DNA from: Candidatus Bathyarchaeia archaeon
GTDB lineage: Archaea > Thermoproteota > Bathyarchaeia > Bathyarchaeales > Bathycorpusculaceae
Length of the DNA stretch: 64,000 nt
Assembly (NCBI GenBank): GCA_049512075.1
Contig: JBEKXL010000009.1
Span: forward strand, 27,967-91,966
Reading direction: 5' to 3'
Shown here: positions 30,895-40,332 of the stretch, in pieces
How the letters are laid out: each line of letters starts with the position of its first letter
Position numbering within the stretch: the first letter of the stretch is position 1
Translations under genes and position numbers: made by a program
Notes under the pieces: model-generated
The model's database searches: none
Told to the model about the DNA's origin: nothing
Seen by the model: the letters and a program-made list of their open reading frames with translations, nothing else

Positions 30895-31599
30895 TCATAT
30901 GCGCTCCTGGCCTTGCCACCAAGCCCTTCGAATCGTCTTGGCTCTCAGATCTGTTATCTTGCTCAGCTTTTTCATGAGAACTTCAACCTTGGCAAGTTCA
31001 GGCTCTGGCAAATAGTTCTTCTTGCTGTCATATCCTACGTAGCAGACTTCAGGTCCTATCTCACGAACCCACTTTTCCATGGTTTCAACGTCAAAGTCTA
31101 TGACCGGCTCCATCGTGACAATCTTCTTTGGATGGCGAAGATTCAACATCGCCTTGTACCTCTGCGAAGGGAGAGGCGCTTTGGACATTCCGCTGTAGAG
31201 GTCATCCCTGTTGGTTTCAAGTGTTGTCCCAAGAAGAACGTTTTCTGGAAAACGGTAATCGCTGAACACGCTTGGATTCTTGGACTGTATCAAGAACGTT
31301 CTATCGTGCAGCTGCTCGATTCTTGCGAGTATTTGCTCCATCCATTCAGGCTCGCAGAAAGCAACGTCCCCCATGTCGCAGCAAAATATGAAGTCGTTTT
31401 TGTTTGTTCTCGGCAAGGACCTGATCAGTCTTTCAGGGTGAAAGTGCGGCGTGAAATTGTAGCAGTCCAAGCAGTGTTTTTTTCGACGCTTCATCTGTCT
31501 CTTAAAACTCGACTCGCAATAGACACAGTCATGCTCACAGCCCACAAACGGATTCCACGATTCAACAGACTGCCTGTACATGTTGTTGTTCATTGTCAT
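30895..31599 (-). CDS. DUF5131 / phage Gp37Gp68 radical-SAM-like protein
   Basis: SWNPFVGCEHDCVYC (CxxxCxxC), FCCDMGD, FLIQSKNP, LGTTLET, TMEPVIDFD. Confidence 0.8.
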   Translation of the reverse strand: MTMNNNMYRQSVESWNPFVGCEHDCVYCESSFKRQMKRRKKHCLDCYNFTPHFHPERLIRSLPRTNKNDFIFCCDMGDVAFCEPEWMEQILARIEQLHDRTFLIQSKNPSVFSDYRFPENVLLGTTLETNRDDLYSGMSKAPLPSQRYKAMLNLRHPKKIVTMEPVIDFDVETMEKWVREIGPEVCYVGYDSKKNYLPEPELAKVEVLMKKLSKITDLRAKTIRRAWWQGQERI

Positions 31600-31613
31600 T
31601 GTTCCTCACCGGG

Positions 31614-31979
31614 TCAAGGGAAGCTCCATGATACGAGTTCCCAGTCGATGCCTTTCGGCCTGTTCTTTCCCTCGGTAACCCCTTGGTCTATCATTTCTCC
31701 AATCTTTGTCCAGTCCCTCACGGTCATCTTAATTTTAGCTCTGCGAATAATCAGCTTCATTAACGCCTCTGGTTCGTCAACGTAGTCGACGGAAACGATT
31801 TTGACGTTTTTCCTGTTCAACTGCTCCTTCATCAGTGGACCATCTAACACGATGAGGTCGTTGGTGACTGAGAGCAGGCGACCCGACACCGTTGTTTCTT
31901 CCTGTGCTGGACTGACGTAGTTTATCTGCACTTTCTTGCCGATGAGATGTTTCAAGTCTGTGTTGTTGGCTGATTCCAT
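31614..31979 (-). CDS. Sm/LSm-fold-like small protein
   Basis: LIGKKVQINY..VSGRLLSVTNDLIVLD. Confidence 0.45.
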   Translation of the reverse strand: MESANNTDLKHLIGKKVQINYVSPAQEETTVSGRLLSVTNDLIVLDGPLMKEQLNRKNVKIVSVDYVDEPEALMKLIIRRAKIKMTVRDWTKIGEMIDQGVTEGKNRPKGIDWELVSWSFP

Positions 31980-32282
31980 ATTCTCACTCCTGTAATGCAA
32001 TACGTCATGTTCATTGTGTATAAAGGTTTAATCTAAAATTGCATCAATGACAAATCCATTTTTGAAGCCACTGAACTTCTTCTGAGAAACATACGGGCAA
32101 CACTCGAGGGCGGCGTCGGCAAAGCTTGAACACAAATCTCCTGACACCATGGACAAGACCGAGCAAAAGTGAAGCGTTTAGCCCTGCCTTGACAACCTGA
32201 AATGCCTAGTCAGTCATCCATTAACAAATATGAGCAAGTTTATCTCCCTGAAAGATCGAGATAGTCTGAGGGGAAGCTCAAG

Positions 32283-33710
32283 ATGGAAATAACGGATATC
32301 CTACAACTATTGACTAACCCTCAAGCATGGCCCTTGTTTCTGACCTTCCTGGGCGGCTACGTAATGATGAACGTATTCTTTGAACGTGCTAAGGTCAAAG
32401 GCTTCACTGAACTCGAGAGAGTACTCATAGCCTTTGGAATAGGTGTTCTGTTTGAATATTTCCTATTCTATCCGCTGGTCACGTTGGCAAGCTTCTGGTG
32501 GCCTTTTTTCGGTAATGACAATCTGATATTCTCGGCTTTCGTATTCTGTGCAGTTTCAGCATCCGCCCTGTTCCTCACAATTCATAACGAGCCAAAACTC
32601 AGGATAGTCGGCGCTGCAAAGCGGGTTCTGAGTTTTTCAATAATTGTGCTGTTAGCAGTTGTGATTCTTGTGTGCAGCATCTACTTGGGTGTTGCGACAT
32701 GGTATCAACCGCATACTCTGCGTCTCATTTCCGGCAGTTGGAATGCATTCACAGGCTCGACTATCTTCACTCTGGTCTGGTTCGAGATTGGGGTCTTTTT
32801 CGTCTGGTCCTATATCCTGAAAACGTCGCTCAATGAAACCATCGACATCGCGGGCGCGATTCGAGGTGCTCTTAAAAAGCACCACATTCTGCCGATCGTT
32901 GCACTTGTCGCCTTGCCGCTAATCGCGGGCATCATAATAGTCCCAATAGACACTAGGGCTGTTCTCTTCACACCCCACGTGGAAACTGGGGGTCAAATGC
33001 TCTCCTCGATCATGCAAGCATCGAAAGGCTTTGAGAAAGTCGTTTTCATAAACGCGACAAGAGGACCGCGAAACAACGTTTCTGCAACGTACCATTACTA
33101 TGCCCTCATGAACACAAAATACAACATTGCGCTTCCCACCCTTTGGCGGCTTCTCTCATCGGTCTACGTCGACAATCCAAGCAACACAAGCTTCACGATG
33201 GGACAGTATTATCCAGGTCTTCCAAGTGCCACAGATACCTGGAAACTCTACGTTGCTGCCCCAGACAACGTGACGTACAATCCGATTCTCAAACAGACAC
33301 CAACCTTCGGAACCAGCGTTACAGGGCTGATTTTCGATTTTGGAAACTACACCGGCAACAACTCTCTCACAGTGACTCTGACCTACTGGCAAGAAATAGA
33401 CCCCCTCGACAAAGTGAAAATAAACTACGGCAACCTGACCTTTACCGACCTAGGAAACGGCACATGGACAGAAACACATAGTATCATGATCACAAACAAC
33501 TCCAACGACACCCTTATCATTCCAGCCATGGATTACGACCGCTTCAACGACTACGCCATAAGGAACAGCACTAACGCCTACTTGAATGGAAACTTAATTC
33601 CCTGGGCTCAACTTGTCTGGGAAACCAGGTTGTCGCTAGGTATTTGGGTGCAGCCTCAAACAATGTCCAACGTGACTATCGCTTTTCAGACCACAAGGAA
33701 CCCAGAATAG
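32283..33710 (+). CDS. Multi-pass membrane protein with glycosylated extracellular C-terminal domain
   Basis: About 6 TM helices, then an N-x-S/T-rich domain. Confidence 0.75.
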   Translation: MEITDILQLLTNPQAWPLFLTFLGGYVMMNVFFERAKVKGFTELERVLIAFGIGVLFEYFLFYPLVTLASFWWPFFGNDNLIFSAFVFCAVSASALFLTIHNEPKLRIVGAAKRVLSFSIIVLLAVVILVCSIYLGVATWYQPHTLRLISGSWNAFTGSTIFTLVWFEIGVFFVWSYILKTSLNETIDIAGAIRGALKKHHILPIVALVALPLIAGIIIVPIDTRAVLFTPHVETGGQMLSSIMQASKGFEKVVFINATRGPRNNVSATYHYYALMNTKYNIALPTLWRLLSSVYVDNPSNTSFTMGQYYPGLPSATDTWKLYVAAPDNVTYNPILKQTPTFGTSVTGLIFDFGNYTGNNSLTVTLTYWQEIDPLDKVKINYGNLTFTDLGNGTWTETHSIMITNNSNDTLIIPAMDYDRFNDYAIRNSTNAYLNGNLIPWAQLVWETRLSLGIWVQPQTMSNVTIAFQTTRNPE

Positions 33711-33728
33711 ATCCTGGGAGATATTCTC

Positions 33729-34379
33729 ATGCCTGGGCGCTTGAAACCTCCACCACCTGGTAACTATAGCATTGCTTGTCCGTACTGTCGAGATTCGAAT
33801 CTGCTTGCAGTTTCAATTGATCTTAGCGAAGTCCGATGTCCTAGCTGTGGTCAGACCATTCGCGTGTTAATTGCTACTGTGAGAGCAAAAAGAGGTCGAG
33901 CAAGCGGTCCGCAGCGAGAATATGTGATAAGAACTATAACGCACTCAGGAGAAGGCGTGCTCAGGTTTGTGGATGCAGGAGGGTCGGACCTTGATCTACG
34001 ATCTGGCGACATAATGTACGTCGTCTACAAAATGAAGGAAAACAGAACATACGACGAAACTCCATCCCTTCTGTGCAATGTCACCACACACCAAGGCACG
34101 ATTATTAAACCTCGCAAGTCGGGTTGCTTCATTGCTACGGTTGCTTGCGGATACGGTTCTTGGGAGGTGAAAGTATTATCAGGTTTCCGCGATGATATTC
34201 TATCAAAAAGCGAGATCGGTTCTCTGTTCATAGCACTGTATTACACGTTCTCTCCGTTTTTTGCGTCGTTCATCGTCAAGAGAGAAAACCTGAAGAAGAA
34301 CATTCGAAGATTCATAATATTCCCGGCTGCTGCCCTAGCTTCAAGGATGTTTAAGATAAAGTGTGCATGGAGCTCATAA
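33729..34379 (+). CDS. Zn-ribbon + CFI-box-CTERM domain protein
   Basis: CPYC..CPSC; GCFIATVACG..EVKVLSGFRDDIL..LYYTFSP. Confidence 0.8.
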   Translation: MPGRLKPPPPGNYSIACPYCRDSNLLAVSIDLSEVRCPSCGQTIRVLIATVRAKRGRASGPQREYVIRTITHSGEGVLRFVDAGGSDLDLRSGDIMYVVYKMKENRTYDETPSLLCNVTTHQGTIIKPRKSGCFIATVACGYGSWEVKVLSGFRDDILSKSEIGSLFIALYYTFSPFFASFIVKRENLKKNIRRFIIFPAAALASRMFKIKCAWSS

Positions 34380-34491
34380 TCAAGCTCAGAGCTCAGATTC
34401 GAGCACGTTTGTTTTTTTTGGGGTAAAGTTTTATCTCAAACCCAGACCCTTTATATATTCACATATGTAGAACTGTCTAAGGGGCTTTTCT

Positions 34492-34890
34492 ATGGAAATC
34501 AATCCTGACTTACTTTTTTTGATTGTTGGCTGGGCTGTTGGTTTGTTTTCTGGGTTTCTTGGCACTATTGGATTCGACATTTGGAAGCAACATCAAGAAA
34601 GAAGAAAACTGAAAAATCTGGTGAAACAAGAACTGACGGAAATCAGGAGTGAACTAGACTTGCAGCTAAAGAATACAAAGGGAGACGTGGTTCAAGGCAG
34701 GGGACATAGACTTTCTGTATTCAATGAGCTTAGGGGCGACGTACTGCGCAAATTGAACGTGAAGATTTCCCGACAAATCGAGATCACTTATTCACAAATA
34801 AACAATCTGGGTGCAAATCGCTTACGTAAAGAATGTGAAGAAGTATTGGGTTCCATCGATGACACGATAAGAATTTTGGACGACTGTTGA
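34492..34890 (+). CDS. Small protein with N-terminal TM helix
   Basis: TM helix then coiled coil; TTTATATA box upstream near 34450. Confidence 0.65.
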   Translation: MEINPDLLFLIVGWAVGLFSGFLGTIGFDIWKQHQERRKLKNLVKQELTEIRSELDLQLKNTKGDVVQGRGHRLSVFNELRGDVLRKLNVKISRQIEITYSQINNLGANRLRKECEEVLGSIDDTIRILDDC

Positions 34891-35142
34891 CCGCGCTCGC
34901 GAGGAAACCGAAACAAACTAAAGCCTCCAGCGCAGCCAGCTGGCCGGCCCTTGATTTTCTGTAATATAATATGAGGAAGAAGGCTATTTCTGCGCAGCCT
35001 AGCTTTTCGACGCAACTTTGCCCTGTCTTGTTCATGCTTCTTAGATTCTATGCGTTTCTGATTTGGTTATGCTCACTATCAATGAACAGCGGCAGGTAGG
35101 CTAGCTCAAATGCCCCGCGCGCGCAGGGAAAAGAAAAGGACC

Positions 35143-35170
35143 AAAAAAATGGGTCAGTCTTTCTTGACCC
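35143..35170 (-). terminator. Hairpin plus T-tract after the integrase stop
   Basis: GGGTCA (35151-35156) / TGACCC (35165-35170) followed by T7 on the minus strand. Confidence 0.5.
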
Positions 35171-35171
35171 G

Positions 35172-36461
35172 TTAGGCTTTCTCGAGGAGATATTTGTCAT
35201 GGTTCAAGGCTTGGACCATGCGCCAGCCGTCATGCAGTCTTTGAATCATTTCGTCCTCGCCCTTGGCTACTAGGTACTTTCCGTTTCCGTCGTGCATGGT
35301 TCTAGGCTTTGCCAGGGGCTCTTCCTGTAGCCTTCTGAACTCGGTTATTCCTTCGTCAACGGTTTTAGACCTTGCCAGGACCTCTTCAAGTTTGCGGATC
35401 TCGCTTTCAGGTGTTCCTTGCAGTCTTGCGAAGTCAACGAGCATTTTGGACCGCATCCTCTTTTCTTCGATAACTGTGGTGTAGACGGTTAAGTGTGGAA
35501 TGGCCTTTCGGTACTCAGCCAAGTGTTTTTCTTCTTCAGCTCGGAAGTACGATTCGTCTAGGTACTTGCCTTTGTGTCCCATCCATGATTCTCTGTAGGA
35601 TTCGTCGACGCCTACACAGTTGGAGCGGAAGAACTTGCGAAGGGTGTGGAGGTGGAGTTTGTACCATTTTTGAGACTTATCGGCAAGGCCGGACCGCTTC
35701 AGAATCCTCTGCCACACCTGTTCGAAATCTACGACGCTTGTAAATCTGCCCTTGTGATAGGCGTCACCTATCAATGGCGATTTGGCCGTTAATTTCTCAC
35801 CGGCGTTTTCTCTTTCTTTCAAGTATTGCTGCAAGACCTGTTTTGCCTCTGGCGTTGTGAAGGTGCTGAAGAACCTTCCGACGCTGCTGTTTCCTTTGCC
35901 CATGAACTTGCGTCCCATCCTGCTTTCAACCTTCATCCTTGCCACGTCGGGATAGTCAAAGCTGACATCACCTATCGTCAGGCTCAATAGTGTTCCAATC
36001 CTCAGGCCACTGCTTGCCAGAACCAATATGGCTGCTCTGTCCCTTGCACCGTTGGCATGATTAAGCAGAGTTTTCAGTTCTTCCTTGCTCGGTGCCCTGT
36101 CCTCTTCCTGCTTGGCCGCGCTCGTCGGCATGTCAATCTTTGGCCATTCAACCTTAACACCGTTCAAGTCAAGCCACTTCTTGATCCCTCGAAGCTGGCC
36201 TAAAACCGTCTTGTGCGCATGCGCCTTCAGATAATAATCGATGAACTTGTCAACCTGAACGGTAGCATTCAACTTTCCACTCGCCAGGTCCTGCAGAGCG
36301 GCCTCTGGATCCTTCGCTCCCAAGAACTGAACGAACTTTCTCACCGCAAAAATGTATAGTTCAACAGTGCCAGGACTTCCCATTCTACGCGGTCCAGTAA
36401 TAGCCTCATTCAACCTTGCTATGCTAGGATACTTCATCCATTCTTCTGCATAATTACGCAT
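35172..36461 (-). CDS. Tyrosine recombinase / integrase
   Basis: SSGLRIG (R), HLHTLRKFF (HxxR), WMGH, YLDESY (catalytic Y); next to attR. Confidence 0.92.
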   Translation of the reverse strand: MRNYAEEWMKYPSIARLNEAITGPRRMGSPGTVELYIFAVRKFVQFLGAKDPEAALQDLASGKLNATVQVDKFIDYYLKAHAHKTVLGQLRGIKKWLDLNGVKVEWPKIDMPTSAAKQEEDRAPSKEELKTLLNHANGARDRAAILVLASSGLRIGTLLSLTIGDVSFDYPDVARMKVESRMGRKFMGKGNSSVGRFFSTFTTPEAKQVLQQYLKERENAGEKLTAKSPLIGDAYHKGRFTSVVDFEQVWQRILKRSGLADKSQKWYKLHLHTLRKFFRSNCVGVDESYRESWMGHKGKYLDESYFRAEEEKHLAEYRKAIPHLTVYTTVIEEKRMRSKMLVDFARLQGTPESEIRKLEEVLARSKTVDEGITEFRRLQEEPLAKPRTMHDGNGKYLVAKGEDEMIQRLHDGWRMVQALNHDKYLLEKA

Positions 36462-36530
36462 CCCAAACCACCAAAATACAGTGTGTGAGAACCTCTATAT
36501 ATGGTTTATCACACGTCAACCCATGTCAAA

Positions 36531-36653
36531 CCACTAGCTGTCAGAGACACGTTTCTGAAGGGTTCAAAACTTCGAGGAAGATATTTTCACGGTTTGAGAC
36601 TGGACGAAGACGAGCTGAGAGCCATAGTCACCCAAGCTGAAGCCCAAAGGTAG
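36531..36653 (+). pseudogene. 3' part of the EVE/PUA-like gene split by the element
   Basis: PLAVRDTFLKGSKLRGRYFHGLRLDEDELRAIVTQAEAQR*, no start codon of its own, in frame with 2831 via CCACTA. Confidence 0.75.
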
Positions 36654-36944
36654 TGACATGAACATCATGGTCGGCAGTTAGAGCGCGCCCTTCGACCATC
36701 GCTGCAACTCATCAATTCTTTTTGGCTTCCGACGTGACGGCAGATCAAGTATGCCGGAAATTACGAAAGTCCCGGAAGATGGCATGTATGGTGAATCTCA
36801 TGAGGTGAACTCTGCTTCTGGCCTGTGATATTGCTGGTGCTGTTCTCTTGTGTGTTTATTTTGCGCCCGCGCTAGGTCGAGATGTGTAAAAGAGTTTAAA
36901 TGCCGATTGTGGCTTTATGGTTGTGTCATTGCAGGGGGAGCTGC

Positions 36945-38594
36945 TTGGTCAAGTACGTTTTTGTTACCGGCGGGGTTCTGAGTTCGGTTGGTAAGGGGAT
37001 TTTGACTTCTTCGATTGGTAAGATGCTTCAAGTGAGGGGCCTGAAAGTCACGGTTGTTAAAATTGATCCTTATGTGAACGTCGACGCTGGGACGATGAAT
37101 CCTTACATGCATGGCGAAGTGTACGTTACTGATGATGGTGGCGAAACGGACCTAGACTTGGGATGGTATGAGCGCTTTCTCGATTTGGACTTGCGGAAGG
37201 AGAACAACATTACCACGGGTTTGGTCTATAAGGCGGTCATCGAGAAGGAGAGGCGTGGGGATTTTCTTGGAAGATGTGTACAGATTGTTCCGCATGTGAC
37301 TAACGAGATTAAACATCGTATACGCACCGTTGCCAAAGACTCGGGCGCTGACGTGGTCTTGACAGAGGTCGGCGGCACAGTTGGAGACATTGAAGGCCTG
37401 CCCTTCCTTGAGGCGATTCGCCAGATGCGATTGGAGGAGGGCATGGAAAACACATTGTACGTGCACGTGGCTCTCGTGCCCATCTTGGACGTCACTCAGG
37501 AAATGAAGACGAAGCCTTTGCAACACAGCGTCAATGAACTGCGCCGCATCGGCATACAGCCGGACACGATCGTGGCTAGAAGTCCAGAAATGATAAACGC
37601 TGAAGCCCTGAGGAAAATAGCCTTGTTCGGGACGATACCCGAAAGCGCTGTCTTCTGCTCCTACAACGTTGAGTCAGTTTACAAAGTTCCCCTCATCCTC
37701 GACGAGCAAGGCATGGGCGACTTCGTTTGCAAGAGATTCGGATTCTCAGAGGGCAAGAAAGACTTCAAAGAATGGAAAGAGTTCGTTGACGCGGTCTTGA
37801 AACCGGAGCACGAAGTGAAAATCGCGTTGGTCGGCAAGTACGCCGGGTTGACTGATAGCTACGTGAGCATGGGCGAAGCCTTGCGACACGCAGGAGCCGC
37901 GTGCCACACGCGAGTCTGCGTCAGTTACTTTGAAGCTGAAAAGCTTGAACAAAATCCAAATTGCGCAGACTTGCTGAACGGATTTGACGGGATTTTCGTG
38001 CCTTACGGTTTCGGTCCTCGGGGCACTGAAGGAAAGATAATGGCCATCAGGTTCGCGAGAGAGAGCAACACTCCCTTCCTGGGGATATGCTACGGTTTTC
38101 AACTTGCCGTGATAGAATTTGCTCGACACGTGTGTAACTTGAAGGAGGCGAACAGCACCGAGATCAACCCGGACTCGCCCAACCCCGTGATTGATCTGAT
38201 GCCTGAACAGCGGGGGATAGAAATCAAAGGAGCCACCATGCGGTTGGGGGCTCACAAGATAGTCGTGGAGCCCAACACTCTGGGAGGTAGGTTGTACAAG
38301 AACGGGGAGATTTATGAACGCCACCGCCACAGGTTCGAGGTCAACCTTGACTACTCGGAAACGCTTAGGAAAAACGGTTTGGTTTTCTCGGGGAAAAGCA
38401 CTGATGGCAGAAGGATGGAACTCTTGGAGTTGCCTGATCGTTTCTTCTTTTTTGCCTCGCAGTTTCATGGAGAATTCAAGAGCCGGCCGGGGAGACCCGA
38501 CCCTGAATACTATGGTTTCATAAAAGCTTGTTTAGACAAGAAGCAGGGCAAATGCAAACCCGTGTTCGGCCAGGATATCGAGGTGCCCGCCTAA
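36945..38594 (+). CDS. pyrG: CTP synthase
   Basis: KYVFVTGGVLSSVGKG, DPYVNVDAGTMNP, GETDLDLG, GICYGFQ, ERHRHRFE. Confidence 0.98.
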   Translation: MVKYVFVTGGVLSSVGKGILTSSIGKMLQVRGLKVTVVKIDPYVNVDAGTMNPYMHGEVYVTDDGGETDLDLGWYERFLDLDLRKENNITTGLVYKAVIEKERRGDFLGRCVQIVPHVTNEIKHRIRTVAKDSGADVVLTEVGGTVGDIEGLPFLEAIRQMRLEEGMENTLYVHVALVPILDVTQEMKTKPLQHSVNELRRIGIQPDTIVARSPEMINAEALRKIALFGTIPESAVFCSYNVESVYKVPLILDEQGMGDFVCKRFGFSEGKKDFKEWKEFVDAVLKPEHEVKIALVGKYAGLTDSYVSMGEALRHAGAACHTRVCVSYFEAEKLEQNPNCADLLNGFDGIFVPYGFGPRGTEGKIMAIRFARESNTPFLGICYGFQLAVIEFARHVCNLKEANSTEINPDSPNPVIDLMPEQRGIEIKGATMRLGAHKIVVEPNTLGGRLYKNGEIYERHRHRFEVNLDYSETLRKNGLVFSGKSTDGRRMELLELPDRFFFFASQFHGEFKSRPGRPDPEYYGFIKACLDKKQGKCKPVFGQDIEVPA

Positions 38595-38613
38595 ACAGAA
38601 GTGCATGTGGTCA

Positions 38614-39048
38614 TCAAGAGTTTGGGAAAAACTTGCTGTGTTCCTGCATCATGCACCTATTCATTACTACTATTATTCCTGCTTGCCTCGCCATTTCCGC
38701 AGCTTGTTCATTGATTATTCCGAGTTGCATCCAGACTACGTAGGGCTTATCATAGCGTTCCTTGAGCTTGACCGCCTGTTCCACTATGGCAGGTGTGTCT
38801 GATGAAGGTCTGAAAACGTCAACGATCTCGATAGTTTTCTGAACATCAGCGGGCATTTCCAAGAGGCTCTTGTAACACTTTTCACCCAGAACCTCGTCCG
38901 CCGTGGGGTTCACAGGTATGATGCGGAATCCTTGGCCTTGCAGGTACTTGGCCACGCGATTACTGTCTTTAGAGGGGTCGCGAGATGCTCCCACGACCGC
39001 GACGGTTTTGTACTTGGTGAGAATTTCTTTCACATCGTCCTTCGTCAA
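38614..39048 (-). CDS. CoA-binding protein (YccU-like)
   Basis: VAVVGASRDPSKDS, IIPVNP, VDVFRPS, WMQLGI, MNRC. Confidence 0.92.
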   Translation of the reverse strand: MTKDDVKEILTKYKTVAVVGASRDPSKDSNRVAKYLQGQGFRIIPVNPTADEVLGEKCYKSLLEMPADVQKTIEIVDVFRPSSDTPAIVEQAVKLKERYDKPYVVWMQLGIINEQAAEMARQAGIIVVMNRCMMQEHSKFFPNS

Positions 39049-39130
39049 GGCTCCAGCCTCTTCGAACTCTGAAGAGCTGTTTCTGGTACTTAAAGGCTCC
39101 AGTGTCCGGATACTGACTTTATGAAAGACG

Positions 39131-39277
39131 CCTCCTAAACTTTGTTGGCTGGTGTGCCCGGACTTAACATGGTCCTTTGCGACCGAGATACTGACTGGGC
39201 TAAACCTGAGCTGCTAAAATAGTGGGCTATTGACGCCCGGATGAGTGAATGCAGCCTGACGCCAACAAACAAGGAGG
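39131..39277 (+). ncRNA. Predicted bridge RNA / seekRNA of the IS110 element
   Basis: Outer stem TTTGTTGGC/GCCAACAAA; two hairpins with internal loops whose strands match the target flanks and the donor junction. Confidence 0.8.
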
Positions 39278-39287
39278 TGCAATAAGA

Positions 39288-40332
39288 ATGGTGTATGTTG
39301 GAGTTGACGTTGGAAAGAGCAAGTGCAGAGCGGCGATGATGAGCCAGGAAGGTAAGATAACTGAGGAGTTTGACTTCAAGAATGATTCTGAAGGGGATAT
39401 CGCGTTTGGCCTCGATGCTTACGGTGGATGACCGGGTTGTGATGGAGTCTACAGGAGCTTATTGGCTGAACCTGTACAATCATTTAGATGAGCTGCATAT
39501 TCCTGTGGTGTTGGCGAATCCGTTGCAGACCAAGGCTATAGCGCATGGAAGAATCAAGAGCGACAGAGTGGACGCTAGGATACTGGCTCATCTGTTGAGG
39601 GCTGATCTGATTCCGGAGTGTTACGTGCCGCCTAAGGAAATGCGGGAAATAAGAAGCCTAGTTCGTCATAGGCTTTCCACAGTGAAACTGCGTACCATGA
39701 CAAAGAACAAGGTTCACGCGTTGGTGGATCGGAACGGGGTGAAGCATGAATTCTCGGATCTGTTCGGCAAGTCAGGAGTGCAGTGGCTCAAATCGCTGGA
39801 GCTTTCTTCGTTGGATAGGCTGATGCTGGATAACCATCTTTTGCTTTTAGAGAGTCTTAACGTGCAGATTGAAAGGGTTGATGATGAGATTACGGCGAGA
39901 GCTACTTTGGATGGGGATGTTCGGTTGCTCTTGAGCTTGACGGGTGTGAGCGTTTATACGGCGTTGCTGATCAAGTCGGAGATTGGTACCATCGGTAGGT
40001 TTCCAAACTATAAGAAGCTGGTTTCGTGGGCTGGTTTGGCGCCTTCGCTGCATCAATCTGGAAACGTGGAGTATCATGGGAACATTACTAGGCAGGGTAG
40101 TCGGATGTTGCGTTGGATTATGGTGGAGTCTGCGCGTGTGGCGTCTGTTCGTGATGCTAGGCTTAGGGTTTTCTATGAGAGGGTGAAGGCGAGGCGTGGG
40201 GATCAGAAGGCTGTGGTTGCTTTGGCGTGTAAGATGCTTAAGATAGTCTGGTTCATGTTGACGAAGCGGGAACCGTATGAATCTGCGAATGAGAAAGGAT
40301 ATTGGAAAAAGCTTAATTCGTTAAACAGCTAG
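39288..40332 (+). pseudogene. IS110 transposase/recombinase with a frameshift at GGGG 39393-39396
   Basis: YVGVDVGK, VMESTG, KSDRVDA, AGLAPSLHQSG, ITRQG; N-terminal 36 codons are in a different frame from the rest. Confidence 0.88.

Larger units (their letters stand above)
3113..36536. mobile_element. Integrated mobile element (provirus/integrative plasmid), ~33.4 kb
   Basis: Direct repeats AAGCCACTATCT (3110-3121) and AAACCACTAGCT (36528-36539); integrase next to the right junction; replication NTPase with iterons; no housekeeping genes inside. Confidence 0.85.

Noticed and set aside
30913-31785. 290-aa plus-strand ORF, and similar antisense ORFs such as 37746-38468
   Set aside because: Antisense shadows of well-supported genes (DUF5131, pyrG).
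27500-36461. Classical integron
   Set aside because: No attC-type paired R/L boxes were seen, gene orientation is mixed, and the integrase is accounted for by the element's att sites.
3113-36536. Tailed (Caudoviricetes) provirus
   Set aside because: No terminase, portal, HK97 capsid or tape-measure motifs recognised; a divergent virus type cannot be excluded by eye.
36660-36900. Expected tRNA attachment site next to the integrase
   Set aside because: No cloverleaf found; the split protein-coding gene explains both junctions.
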